Position numbers and translations under genes: made by a program
In this document: positions 12,387 through 26,088 of the stretch, in pieces
Numbering within the stretch: the first letter of the stretch is position 1
Layout: each line of letters begins with the position of its first letter
Assembly (NCBI RefSeq): GCF_006345805.1
Contig: NC_043000.1
Location: 121,210,001-121,274,000 of the forward strand
Length of the DNA: 64,000 nt
Direction of reading: 5' to 3'
Source: Octopus sinensis
Lineage: Eukaryota
The notes under the pieces: model-generated
Databases searched by the model: none
What the model was told of the DNA's origin: nothing
The model's input: only the letters and a program-made list of their open reading frames with translations

Positions 12387-14504
12387 TTTCTTACAGTGTC
12401 TCTGAGACAAATGGCGAGAAAGAAAGTGTAGCCTGTAATTTAATAACGACACTTGACAACCAGTGGTTTGTAATCGTATGAATTTCATCGGTCAAGACCC
12501 GATCGACAATCTTTCTGCGATTGCAATCTACCTATTTACGCCCTTAAACACTGCCCTGGTAAGTCAGAAGATATTCATTTGATGAACAGAATAGTAGAAT
12601 CGAACTTAAAACCAAATGGGTGCCGAGCTGTTTCTTTAATTACATGACGTGCTTTTTGCCAACGTAAACTTGTCTTCTCTTATCTTAAAGTAGTTTATCA
12701 CATACATGTATATCAAGTATTCTGAATCGTTTTAATTAACATTTGCCTCCACTTTTCTCTCTTATGTTATCTATAACCAATGCATCCCGTATGTAAAGGC
12801 ATTAAGCCTTGTTATCTGCATTTTAGTGAATGTAACAAATACATCAAGTTCTTATATTTCACTGCAGAAATATCAAATGATATCTCAGTATTTATAATGC
12901 TTCAGTGTTAATATATTTATTGTTATTCCATTGCTCTTGGTTATATTTGGAAGGTGCTTCCTCTCTTCATCTTATTCCTTTCTCTCAGATTTACAAATCT
13001 TTATCTCGTTTTAGCTTGATACCCATAAGTATTTAAATTTCTAACAACATTTCTTACAAGCCCTCAGCCACACTTTTCCTCAATATTTGAATTGTAATTC
13101 TCTGTGTGTTTACCTTTTGATTCAAATATGTACTACTAAGGTAACTCATCTGAAATTCCAAAGTGCGATCCTATTCTTCCTTTGGAAATTAGCTGATAGA
13201 TTCAAAGAATTCTTTCCACTGTTATATGGTATAATTTTGAAGGAATCTACGCAGAGTAGATTATCGATTTCTTTATTAGTGGACGCCAGAGTATATTTTA
13301 GTTTCCTCTTGCATAATTTAGAAATAAGGATAAGGAATTTTCCTGGAAAATATCTGCATACAGCAGGATTAATGGAAAATCATAAGAACTAGGTTTAGAT
13401 AATGATTCTAGCTTTTTATGTTCACTGTTCAAATACGTCGAGTTCTCTTTTCTTCTTATCCATACATGATAGAAAAAGTAATTTACTAATTCTGAACTGC
13501 ATTGGAATTTAATCAGCTAAATTTCGACACCAAATTTGAAGCTACCTTGTCCTTTTGCTAAAAGTGACTCTTCTTCTTCTTCTTCTTCTTCTCCTTCTTC
13601 ATCTCCTCGCCTCTTCCTTCCCTTCTCCCCTCTTCCTTCCATTCTCCCCTCTTTCTTCCCTTCTCCCCTCTTTCTTCCCTTCTCCCTTCTTCCTTCCCTT
13701 CTCCCCTATTCCTTCCCTCCTCCCCTCTTCCTCCCTCTCCTCCTTTTTCGCGCCTTCTCCTCCTCCTGTTCCTTTATCATGCCTCCTCCTCCTTCTTCTT
13801 CGTCTACTTCCTCTTCTTCTCATCCTCCTCGTGCCTTTACGAAAAATGACAGATTTTAGAATACACCACACAAAATCTGGCATAGAGATATCCCATTTAG
13901 TATGAACTGAAGATGGTAAAGACCTTATATACAACTGGAAAACTACTCTAAAATAACCAGCATAGAGCTTCTAATTCAGGACTTGGTAAAAAATGATACA
14001 AATTGTCGCAAAAGAAAACAAAAGAAAAATCTGTCTTCGATCTTCAAGGGAGACGAGAAGCCACAGAAATTGTATTCAAAATACCAGATAGCCAAGAAGA
14101 AAAACAAGAAAGAAAAAGGGTGCAATGCAACTAGTATCCTATCTAAAACTAGAACTACAAAGCACCTTAAATGAACAATGGCAAGAAGTAACGCTACATA
14201 GTAAGGACTCGGATATGCTTACGAGAAAAGAAATAGATACAGTAAAATATTGTTGTGGGTGCTCTGGGAATAATAAAAAAAAATACGAAACAAATTTTGA
14301 CCAGATTCCAGGGAACCAACAAACTATGAGGTTCAAAGAATGTTTCTCTATTTAATAATATACGTGCTTTAGGTGCGTGTTTGAGAGCCAGCCGGAAGAT
14401 GAATTAAATGGAAATCAAATGAATACGAAAAATATAATAAATTCAACAACAATATCACGGATGATTATAACAAAGTCAATGATATTTATAATACTAATAA
14501 TGAT

Positions 14505-14572
<68 letters not shown>

Positions 14573-15204
14573 GTCTTCATTGATATCATAATTGTGAATA
14601 TTAGTTTACCCATTAACTTTTACAAATTACATAAAAGATGGCCGTCCTTAATTTCAAAATTCAACACACAGGTATACACATTATGTACTGAACATCAAGC
14701 CAAATCTCCCATTAATAAAGCAGTAAAATTCAATTTGAATCTCATTCTCGTCTAATGTTGGACATCTTGATACTAGAAAAGGAAGATGTCTAATTTTCCA
14801 GTCTATTGCTGGCGTAGCCAATGATCAGTAACTGATAGTTATATCTCATTTGATTTAGTCGAAACGCCATTACATAATGTTATATAAATATTACTGATAA
14901 TACGGGAAGGAAACTTCTCGAGCGCTGCGCATTTTAGTATCGGAAGTTATTATCTTTAAAGGCTTTCGTATCTGTAGAATTTGTGCTATTGTTACTTTAG
15001 ACACAAAGTCAAGCAAACGTACAGAGATATATGCTAATGTAGTCAGCAATGCACGTTAAGTGGAAAAGTATAAATACATACATGCATGCGCACTATCATA
15101 TATACACATATGTATGCTTACATACATACATGCACAAATTTATACAATTCTGTGTCGATGTCTATGTAAGTGTATGTGTCAACGTCTATAACTACGTGTG
15201 AACC

Positions 15205-15237
<33 letters not shown>

Positions 15238-17866
15238 GTATATATATATAGGTATATATATATATACATATATGTACATATATATTTATATATATATATA
15301 TATGCATATATATATATATATGCACACACACATTAACATACTTATGAATATTGTGTATATGTATGCATATATGTATTTGTATATATAGAGAAATATATAA
15401 ATGCCTATTCATATATGTATGTATATATATATATATGTGTGTGTGTGTGTATGTGTGTGTGTGTGTGCGTGTGTGTGCGCGTGATTGTGTGCATACAGAT
15501 AAATACACATATAACTGCACATACATATACACATGTACATATACATATATATATATATATATATATATGTACTTGTATACACACATGCGCACACATGCAA
15601 TATATATGTGTATGTGCGTGCGTGTGTGTGTGCATGTGTATGTAGATACATACACATACACACACATGCAAATGTACATACAAATTATTTGATTATTCAT
15701 CTATTCAAGGATTACATGTTCGCAAGACTACATAGCAACATGTGTATATGCTTTTACATATGTGTGCTAATGATTGTTACACGTCTACATTTGTATAATA
15801 TATGCAACGTCTGGCTGCGTTCCGCTTTAACAAATACGGCTTTTATTGATGCAGAAATTTAAGCAGCCATTACGAGAATGTTCACTATTAATCACAGTCG
15901 CTGTCTTTCTGTCTGTTTCTTTTATGTCAGATCACAACATGCTTTGCTTTATTCCATTTCCTCTTATAACGTACGCATACCTCTCCAATTACCAAACATT
16001 GCATTCCTGGAAGAAAAGCATTTTCTCCAACAATCCAGACTATTTAGCTTTCTGGAGAATATGCATCAGAAGCCCAGCTATTTTCGATAACTTTAAGATT
16101 TGTGAAAAACTTATAATAGACAGACTATTACCACTCTGCATTTAAAGGCCTCTTACAAAAGTCTCATGCGTTCTATTTTCTTGCTCTCTGTTTCAGACTA
16201 TCTGTTCGTGTTATCTGTTATCATACATTTAATTCCTACAAGCAGCCGTAGACTTAATTTGATGTTTCTACTTGATACAAGTATGACGATTCAAGTGGAA
16301 TATTTTCTTCGCTTGAGGAAAATCTTCACTGGCAAGCGCTAATAAACAAATATACGCATAGGCGTTTTGTCGTAAACGTACGTTCAGAGACACACATACG
16401 TTTGCTAGCAGAATTAGAAGAAACAGAAATCAATACATCAGTGTATATATTTTCTAATTACAATCGGCAGAAAGTTACATGTATTCAGGGGCTAAGCGAA
16501 TAGTACACGGCATTTATCAAATGTCATCAAATCTTGATAACTACCACGCACTGATCTGTCGACCCTTGAGCCATTTCTGTGATTTTCTGCTGGTATATGT
16601 ATGTATGAATGTATGTATGTATATGTATATAGTGTCTTCCTTTCTCTCTCTCTCTCTCTCTCACTCACTCACCACATATGATTTAGAAAATAAGCACATG
16701 GAATTTAACACATTTCTAGTTGGTTTTAAAACAGAACGAAATATTTCTACAATATCCAACGAATGAAATATCCACGTGGTGAGTCGTCATATTATCACTA
16801 GAATATTGACTCTCCCAGATCTGATATGAATGTCTTAGGGTGTATTTTCTACGGCATTATTTGCAATCATGTAGGGTGACGTCGTTAATTATTTTACGTG
16901 ACGCTCATAGACATAATTTCAATCCACAACCAAAACTGGAGACACAACACAAAATTTGAGACGTTAGTGCTTGAAGAAGAGACGAATAGACTAGTATCTG
17001 TTTCATGTCACAATTGTTGCTGAGTAAACTGAAATGATGTGAATGAAATACAATGATAAACGGAAGGACCTACTAACTTATCAAGGTGTCGAATACTAGA
17101 GTTTATGTTAGTGAGTGTAATATTCTGACTTCTACAACACGAGTCTTCACAGCATATAAATATATTTATGTTACATGTTCATATACAATCCAACAGTACG
17201 TTCCAATTCAAATTTAATCACGTCATTTAGAGTAACCATATGCTCTGTAACAGGTGACCGCTTGCAACAAGCTGCGCATTTGGATCCAATCTCATATTTC
17301 CTGATTTCGAAGGAAAACTTTTGTCCACTTAATCATCTTTGTAACTCATATATAGGCCTTTAAACACATATACACACATACACATAACATAAACAATACA
17401 TAAATATTACATAAACATACATACGCAACCTATGTTAAAATCGTTTCTATAAATATATAGAAACAAATACAGACGAACGTACAAAGCGTCGCTAAATGTA
17501 ATTAAATCTGGCACATATTATGAATTACAGTTAGCTGTTAATTAATTACTCAGGAAAAGTTATGAATACATAAGATAAATTTATTGCAATTATTATATAA
17601 TTCTTGCTTAAATAATGGTTATTAATGATCACCTCGCATCTTGTTTGATGGCGTGAAATCTATCAATGCCATTGATAATGAGATTGTGCAACAACATTTA
17701 TGTATTAACGTACCATTAATATATTAAAGATGTCTTTTGAGACTAAATCTTAAAATTGTTAATATTATACCTGCCAAATGAAAACAGCGATGTAAATATC
17801 TACATAGAAATTAGAGGTACTCTCAATAGTTATCAAAAACCGTTACTCGTACTCCTTAAAGCACGC

Positions 17867-17918
<52 letters not shown>

Positions 17919-18057
17919 GGAAAATATGTAATAAGGATATCCTTGTTACCCATTTGCATTTTGTTCGTCTAACTTCGTGCTGCACAGACTATACCATGCT
18001 GGCTCGGTGCGTTAGTTTAAGTGCCTAATTCAACTGAATCGTAATTCTATATATGTT

Positions 18058-18089
<32 letters not shown>

Positions 18090-18096
18090 ATAATGA

Positions 18097-18213
18097 ACCC
18101 TTTTAAAGCCTAGCCAGACTCTTGGGCCCGGTTTCCCGGTTTCTATGACGTATGTGTTCCTCAGCTGGACGGGACGCCAGTCCATCGCAGCGTTACTCAT
18201 TTTTGCCAGCTGA
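18097..18213 (-). mobile_element. 5'-truncated SINE family B fragment
   Basis: Reverse complement of CAGCTGGCAAAAATGAGTAACGCTGCGATGGACTGGCGTCCCGTCCAGCTG...GAAACCGGGAAACCGGGCCC. Confidence 0.8.
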
Positions 18214-18411
18214 CCCATAAGGGTCAACCACATTTAGGTGGCAAAAATTCTTCAAGATGTCGTGCTGCTACTGTTTACATCTCAGAGATTTGTTATTGCT
18301 ATGTACATATTTATATACATATACATATATACACACTATGTGTGTGTGTGGTGTGAGTATGTGTGTCTGTGTGCTAGGGTGGGTTTATTAAATTTCAGTG
18401 GTGTTGACTAA

Positions 18412-18453
18412 AATAGCCTGAAGATCGCAATGGCGGGAAACTCGAGGTACTAG
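18412..18453 (+). ncRNA. Degenerate hammerhead motif
   Basis: AATAGC-CUGAAGA-U-CGC aaug GCG-G-GAAA-CUCGAG; core and stem II are intact, but the NUH triplet and stem I are mutated. Confidence 0.35.
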
Positions 18454-18837
18454 ATGAACTGTGTTACATTTTCTATACAGAAACATTATCCTGTAAAACA
18501 TGTATTAAGCAATTTTCTCTCATTTTCTTTACTGTAAACCTGAAGAAAGAAAGCTTCGACATTATTTTATGCATACATAACAACGTATATACATATTTCC
18601 ATAGCTAATAAATTTATTTAACATGTCTACATATTTTATGTGTGCCAGGTGCAAAAATAAATATTGCATGTATTTCATTGAAAATGTCTGATTCCTATTT
18701 GTTTTATTTTGCGTGTGCATGTGTATGCGTGTGTAGTGGGGCGTATTATTTTTGTTGTTGGTGTTGTAGTTATCGACGTAGTTTTCAGATCTCCGACTGC
18801 AAACTGATATTACCTCATAATGTTCTGTGTTTGCAGA

Positions 18838-19047
18838 CGATGGCGGCGGTGACGACGAAGGCGATGACGGCGAAGAAGAAGAAGAAGAAGAAGAAGAAGA
18901 AGAAGAAGAAAACGACGACGACGACGACGACGACGAAGAAGAAGAAGAAGAAGAAGAAGAAGAAGAAGAAAGGAAGAAGAAGAAGAAGAAGAAGAAGAAG
19001 AAGAAAACGACGACGACGACGACGACGAAGAAGAAGAAGAAGAAGAA

Positions 19048-19127
<80 letters not shown>

Positions 19128-19166
19128 AGAAGAAGAGAAGAAGAAGAAGAAGAAGAAGAAGAAGAA
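18838..19166. repeat. (GAA)n/(GAC)n compound microsatellite with a duplicated GAA-AAC-(GAC)n block
   Basis: Direct reading; source of the poly-K/R/E/F/S pseudo-ORFs. Confidence 0.95.
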
Positions 19167-19175
19167 TTGCTACAG

Positions 19176-19494
19176 CAACCACCGTTGTGACACTAGGACG
19201 GTCGCAGATACTCTACATATATCGAATTCGAGTGTTCAAGACAACCATCTGCATAAATTTAATTATGTCAAAAGACTCGATGTCGCACATCAACTGAATG
19301 AGGTTAACGTCGGCCATCAAACTTCCATCAACGATTTGTTGCAGCGCTGAGAATGAAACAGCAATTTATACACTTCCCTCGAAGCGAGTTAAGCTTTCAA
19401 TTAGGTGCAAACGGAAGGGTGTTTCCATGGACAGGACCGTCAATCCGGTTGTGTACTGTAGAGTGACCAGCTGGACAAATTAAACGCAGCGATC
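19176..19494 (+). pseudogene. Mariner transposase remnant (HTH/linker and mid-catalytic segments, internally deleted)
   Basis: Frame 1 from 19201 reads VADTLHISNSSVQDNHLHKFNYVKRLDVAHQLNEVNVGHQTSINDLLQR; a later frame reads KRVKLSIRCKRKGV...TVNPVVYCR..QLDKLNAAI. These match mariner motifs (IA..LNIS.SSV..HL..LGY..RLDVWVPH.L; KVMLSIWW..KGV; TINS..YC.QL.KL..AI). Confidence 0.75.
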
Positions 19495-20551
19495 CATCTG
19501 GCAGACGAAATACCGTTAAGCATTACTCCCCGCTAACGATTCTGCCAGCTCACCGCCTTTTTTCCAGTTATACCATCAACTATCATGTAAATGTGTCATC
19601 TCTGCGTGCAGTATCTTCACTAACGCTATTCCCAACGCTAAATTTCAACTTTTCCTAAAAGTTTCGATTTCATTTTATGCTTTTTACCTCCATTCGTCAT
19701 ATTGACTAGTATGAAATTACACCATAGAGAAGTGCATGATATAGGATCTTTAGAAACTGAAAAATACCTAGTATCTTCAGAAATAATTACGTCAGCTGAA
19801 GCTCTAATCTCTCACGGACAAATGCAAGGGATTGCCATTCTCTTGGAATTTTAAACTTAGAATATCGCTATGAAAATGACCCTTTTTTAGTGAAGCCTTA
19901 CGTACGTATCGTCTCCAGGTTCACTGAAATACTGGTTCAGTTAAGAAACCACCGTCAAATCGTAACTCGCTCATCCATGACATTCAATGTATCATCCATG
20001 ATATTCTAACTTACCGCCTTTGTTTGTCATTCACTTCTTTCGCTCTCTGTCGAGGATAGGGCATCGGCGATTTTTCTCTAATATTCTCGGCTTTTTACTT
20101 TCTCTTTCACACTAGTTAGGTCCTTACTTTTTCAGCTCTACTTCAATATCTCACGCCACCACACTATTTTAAGGTATCCTTTCGTCTGCCCCACCCGCCA
20201 GCCTCTGGCTCCCAGGTCAGAACTTAGCGTGTAATTTTCCCTTAGGAACTTCGTTCCTCTTCCAGCCTTTGTTAGTTTTGAATTGTCATCGGTTTCCGTA
20301 TCTAAGCTTTTTCCTTGGGTGGAACTGCCGGTCCTACACCAAACTATCTTTTCCTCTGGGAAGAGGTGATCCATAAAAACTAGCACCTATCCTCTAAATT
20401 GCCAACCATGGGGCTTGCACTCGGCTGGCTTAGATTTCTGTCACATCGCGGCACATACCACTATATCACAACAATAATTCGAGTTTTGAGTGGAACATAT
20501 CCTCTACATATATTAAATTAGTAATATAATAGTAGCTCCTAAAAGCTGAGA

Positions 20552-21001
20552 GGATCTTTTCGGTTTGAACGGTAGTTTTTTTTAAATAATTTCCACGTAA
20601 CTAAACACTTTTAAACTTCGTATACTCGTAGAATGTGTTTATAAAACATCTTTTTCTCTTGGCTTTATTGAGAAAATTCTATAGTTTGTAAGATATTTGT
20701 TGGTTATTTCTTCAATTTCTGCAATGTCAACCAATCAATGACGTCTATTGAGGTGAAAACATTCAGTGCCGTATGAATATGTCCCTCGTTTAAGAAACAG
20801 ATTGGGTTTATTTACATTTGTGAAGAAAAAAAAGATACCCTTCCCTCCACCCCTAACCCTAACCCTAACTAACCCTAGTTAACCCTAACTCTAACCCTAA
20901 AACAGATTGAAATGCAATAGATCGATACTAGGGTCATAATTATGGGTGACAATTTCATATGACACCGCTAGAAAAAACTGCCGTTCAAACCGAAAAGATC
21001 C
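20552..21001. mobile_element. TTAGGG-containing MITE; copy 2 (opposite orientation to copy 1)
   Basis: TIRs GGATCTTTTCGGTTTGAACGGTAGTTTTT and AAAAACTGCCGTTCAAACCGAAAAGATCC. Flanks AGCTGAGA (20544-20551) and GGCTGAGA (21002-21009) form an 8-bp TSD with 7/8 identity. (CCCTAA)n at 20851-20900. Confidence 0.9.
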
Positions 21002-22757
21002 GGCTGAGACACCACTCATCCGAATGTGATTAGATCGTATAACCCCATACTGGTAAGAACTGCTGAGGAGCAACAGCAAGCTAGCATTAAAGACGACGAC
21101 GATGACGGCGACGACAAACAAAAATAAAAATCGTTTTCCTAAACTTACCCTTATCATTTGTTTATTTTGAATACAAATATCTGTCATAAACAAGTAAATT
21201 TTATTGGACAGATAGTTAATTTCAAAATATCCTTCAGTTAAGTTCTCAAAGTTAACAAGAAAAACGATTATAAAATATCATTTGTATTAATTTCGTACTT
21301 GTGCTCCGAAGCACTTAATTCGATTTTATTTAAACTTCTTTGCGTTAATGAACTTTCAGTGAAATTCACTATTTTCTCTTGCATTTTATTTCGCTTCCCA
21401 CCTTACGGCCATATATCACTCATTAAATAACACTTTAAGTCAACTAAACCACGTGCGAGATAATATTACGTGACATTAAGAAGAAAAAAAACTCTGTTGA
21501 AATAGCAGAGAATTTAAGTGATTCAGTGAAAATATGTGTCAAAATATTGTAATCCTTTATAATAGTAAAGTAATCCCATCATCTTAATATTTTAAATATT
21601 TTGCTGAAAGCGAAGAGGGCAAATTACTTCAAATATTGCTGTTTAAACAAGCAGAAGTAATTAAAACAGATTAAAGACGAGAAGACATATTTAATATATT
21701 TAGCCGAAAGAACTTCGTTTTATGGGATAGAAATGAAAAAAGAAGAATATTAAACTCAACTAAAATATTAAAACCGCATGATAATTAGCCTAGAGATAAT
21801 CCGTCTTAAAGCAAAGCATTCTCCATCAATATCTCTGCAAGGATATATAGTTAGTGTCGTTGTTGATATAATGGCTCAATGTTATAGAGTAAAGAACGAA
21901 GTTCAAGTTAAAATATCGATTAAAACTGATTGTATCAAGTGTACACATTAACATCATAAAAGGTCTGCCGGCCAGTCGTTGCAGTAGATCACCAAGAAAA
22001 ACTGCCTCTGACAGGACAGTCAGTTGCCCGCTGACACTCGTTGACGCTACATCGAAGAGGCCAGAGAACAGAAGAAAGAAGAAAGAAGACATGCACCCAA
22101 CACCAGAGCTGAAAACACCTCCGAAAGGGGGGCCCCGCCACGTCAAAACGGTAGAGGAGTAGGGGCCGCGGCCGGAAATGGTTCCTTCTGATGATGTCTT
22201 GAGTTAACTGGATCCTATAAAGGAGCTGTTGTGGTACCAGACCACGAAACACGGTTGAAATTCCTTCCTAGAGTCTCAATTCTGAATGTTCGAATCAAAT
22301 ATTGCTTATTCAGTACTTGGTCTAATAAATATGCAATAAATATATTTTTAACTAAATTGCACAAAGTTTCACACATGCCTTTCAGCGCATTCAGATGTGA
22401 ATTTATATTTGTGACGTAAAAATACAAGAAACAAAAACACCACAACTCAGTATATAATGTGAGAAATTGCTTGGCTTCGGAGTGCAACCATATTTGCCAT
22501 TAGTCTTGGCGCATAGTTTTTCATTTAATGAAAAGCACACCGCTGGACAATATCAGTTTTGTCGATGTTGATTTGTTTATAACTGTATGGCTTCTATGAA
22601 ACCTCTGTACCTCGTATGTTGCCAATATACTATTTTCTACAAAGATAATTTCATTAATACTTTAGGAAGCTGCAAGTTTGCCAGACTGCCAATGAACAAG
22701 TTCCTATCAAGTAGATAATTCGTAGACAATGTTTTTCTTTAGATATTTCAGTTTCAT

Positions 22758-22777
22758 TACAATATATATATATATAT

Positions 22778-22808
<31 letters not shown>

Positions 22809-23004
22809 CTATATATATATATATGTATATATATATACATAATATATATATATACATATATATATATATACATTATATACATATATATATACATTATATA
22901 CATATATATATACATATATATATATATCATACATATATATACATATATATATACATATATATACATATATATATAACTTATACATATATATATATTACAT
23001 ATAT

Positions 23005-23037
<33 letters not shown>

Positions 23038-23417
23038 TACATATATATATTATATATATATATATATATATCTATATATATATATATATATATAACATAT
23101 ATATATATATATTACATATATATATATATATATATACATTATATATATATATACAAATGCGGTTTTTACTGAGATCTCCTTTTTAGTAGAAGAAATAGCT
23201 ATAACCCTTTGACTGCTATTCTAAATTCGGTATGTGGTAAGCAACTCGTTGCTAAACCCTTATTGCTTAGTATATTATATACATATATATATACATATAT
23301 ATATATATACATATATATATACATATATATATATACATATATATATTATATATATAATATATATATATATATACATATATATATAACTTATACATATATA
23401 TATATATACATTATATA

Positions 23418-23449
<32 letters not shown>

Positions 23450-23752
23450 CATATATATATATACATATTATATAATATATATATATAATATATATATATA
23501 TATCTATATATATATACATATATATATACATATATATATATACTATATATATATACATTATATATATATATATATTATACATATATATATATATACTATA
23601 TATATATATATTATATATATATATACTATACATATATATATACATATATTATATACATATATATATATATTACATATATATACATATATATATATATATA
23701 TATTACATATATATATAATACATATATATATATACATATATAATATATATAC
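22758..23752. repeat. Two long degenerate (TA)n arrays (22758-23155, 23272-23752) separated by a ~115-bp spacer
   Basis: Direct reading; both arrays share the variant ATATAACTTATACAT. Confidence 0.95.
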
Positions 23753-24083
23753 AGTGTGTGTGTGTTTTGAATTTTTTCCTATATATGTATATATGTTATA
23801 GTCATTGGGTTACGTCCAAGCTGTAATAACTCTTTGAAGGGTTTAGTTGAAAACATAATAGACCCTTGTGGGTATTTCATTTCAAAGTCTGATACGCATT
23901 CTATAGGTCTCCATTTTATGAAAAAGCTAATTTACAGGGAGGTTAACAAACTAACTCTGGCTGACGAACATAGAAACAGCGACCAATCTAGGTACACATA
24001 CGCATACCCTCACACATATCACTTATGCACACATACATACTACGTACATACATACACACACACACACATATATATATATATAT

Positions 24084-24141
<58 letters not shown>

Positions 24142-24387
24142 TATATGTAATCAAATAGAGAGAGAGAAAGAGAAGACATTTGCCTAATGTGCTGCAGAGT
24201 GGGACTGAACCAGAATCTGTTTGGTTGCAAAGCGCGCATTTTAACAACATCTATTTTTTACGCATTGTGTCACGTTAATTATATAAGTGCGATCATATGT
24301 AATGTTAAACTAAGCATATTTAATTTTAGTTCAAATTCTTTAATAATCACGCGACATGTTGCTCAGAGATTTCACTGTTACTGGGAA

Positions 24388-24600
24388 GGCCGCGAGCTGG
24401 CAAAATCGTTAGCATGCCGGACGAATGTTTAACACTATTTCGCCCGTCGTTACCTTCTGAGTTCAAATTCCATCGAGGTCGACTTTGCCTTTCATCCTTC
24501 GAGGTCGATAAATTAAGTGCCTGTGAAACACTGAAGTCGATCTAATCGACTAGTCTCCTGCCCTCACATTACAGGCTTTGTGCCTCAAGTAGAACGGATT
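24388..24600 (+). mobile_element. SINE family A (A2 tail)
   Basis: GGCCGCGAGCTGGCAAAATCGTTAGCA...GAGTTCAAATTCCATCGAGGTCGACTTTGCCTTTCATCC. Confidence 0.85.
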
Positions 24601-24703
24601 ATTTCATTGTTTCTATTTCTATTTATAAGGTTTAACCATTATCAGTTTTTTCAGATTTTCGATGAAAGTCAAAGAAATACTTTGGATTATATAATGCATA
24701 TTG

Positions 24704-24944
24704 GTGGAGGCGCGTGGCTTAGTGGTTAGGGTGTCAGCATCATGATCATAAAATTGTGGTTTCGATTCCTGAACCGAGCAACGCGTTGTATTCTTGAGCA
24801 AAACACTTCATTTCACATTGCTCTAGTCCACTCAGCTGGCAAAAATGAGTAACGCTGCGATGGACTGGGATCCCGTCCAGCTGGGGAACACATACGTCAT
24901 TGAAACCGGGAAACCATGTGACTGGCTACGCTTTAAAATAGGCG
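24704..24944 (+). mobile_element. tRNA-derived SINE family B variant
   Basis: GTGGAGGCGCGTGGCTTAGTGGTTAGGG A-box, GGTTTCGATTCC B-box, TTGAGCAAAACACTT core, GAAACCGGGAAACC tail. Confidence 0.8.
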
Positions 24945-25599
24945 TATTTATATTTTATTTTATATAATGAATATTGACTTCTTTCGTAGGCAGCGTACAA
25001 GATATCTAATACAGATGTGGTATTGTTCGTTAATTTTTCCTTTTTTTTTATTAAGCATTCACATAGAATTTTACTGGTAACAATAAAAGCGTGACACGTT
25101 GGCACTTATCATTCATTGGTAAACCAATAATAGCAAGCATATCGGTGCTCCCGAGCTAGCTCCTATTATCACAAAACTCGGTAATATTTCTGTCTTTGCG
25201 TGTAATTAATCCCGAGTTCTTTATCGTAAGAGGTGCAACCAATATGACAACTTCTGACTGAACTTCATAACTTCTAGTATCTTGAACATCATAGTATAAT
25301 TGCAGACAAACACACATCAAATTCTTGCAGCAACCATGTATATGTTTCCAAATTTGCCTGCAAGCGTTGTCAATCTTTTATATAGATGTAGTCGCAAAAA
25401 CGTTGAGGACTCTGTGAAATCAAGCATATTGTACGTGACAAACATGTAACTCTTGCACTGTGAATGGGATCATTATATCTTTGTATGTTCAACTACCAAT
25501 AGATCCCATACGATATGATATGACTATTGTAAAAAAAAGAGATGGGGGAGTGGAGGGAATGATTCTCCGCCAGAGAAACAGAAAAAGAAGAGAGAAGAT

Positions 25600-26088
25600 A
25601 TGAGAAAAGAAACTGTGAAGGAGGTCAGCAGGAAGGAAGACAAAAGGGTGACAGAGAAAGAAAGTAAAAATAATGTGGAGCGACAAGTAAAAATACCAGT
25701 TGCTTCGGTAGAAAAGGATTCGGAAATTCAGCTGACCGAAGAAGAATTAAAGAGGCAGTTTAGAGCGGAGGAGGAAAAGAGAGAACAGAAAAGCCAAAAT
25801 AAGGGAAAGAAAATTAAAGGAAACGGGGTATGGTATTACGTAACCTACCCGAAGAATGTTGAAACACAGAAGAAAATACTCAAGTTCAACCAAATAGTAA
25901 GAGTAAAGATACCAGCATACATATATGCAGAGGACATGAAGGCGATAGTAATTGAAGAGGAAAGATATAAAAGACTGAAAGAAATGTGTGGAGATAATAT
26001 CGACCCATCAGGAATAAGGGTGGAATTCAAAGAATTGCCTCCAGTAGTGGAATTAGTAGAAATCGAACCACTAATGAAATATTACTAA
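25600..26088 (+). CDS. Uninterrupted 162-aa K/E-rich ORF, probably the ORF1-like protein of a non-LTR retroelement
   Basis: Not a simple repeat; the stop-free frame starts at 25519. Charged N-terminal half, globular-looking C-terminal half (GNGVWYYVTYP...GIRVEFKELP). Followed by an A-rich UTR and a SINE-A-like tail at ~26405-26463. No family assigned. Confidence 0.45.
   Translation: MRKETVKEVSRKEDKRVTEKESKNNVERQVKIPVASVEKDSEIQLTEEELKRQFRAEEEKREQKSQNKGKKIKGNGVWYYVTYPKNVETQKKILKFNQIVRVKIPAYIYAEDMKAIVIEEERYKRLKEMCGDNIDPSGIRVEFKELPPVVELVEIEPLMKYY

Noticed and set aside
13100-13400. Minus-strand peptide (..YFPGKFL..IIPYNSGKNSL..) faintly like a Penelope RT-GIY linker
   Set aside because: The similarity is too weak to support without a profile search.
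13840-14355. A-rich short ORFs suggesting a decayed LINE ORF1
   Set aside because: No recognisable motif and multiple stops.
20851-20900. (CCCTAA)n as a chromosome end or fusion scar
   Set aside because: The tract is internal to a TIR element present twice in the window.
23160-23272. Small hairpins (AGCAA-ctcg-TTGCT) in the spacer between two TA arrays
   Set aside because: Stems of this length are expected by chance, with no ribozyme core or second copy.
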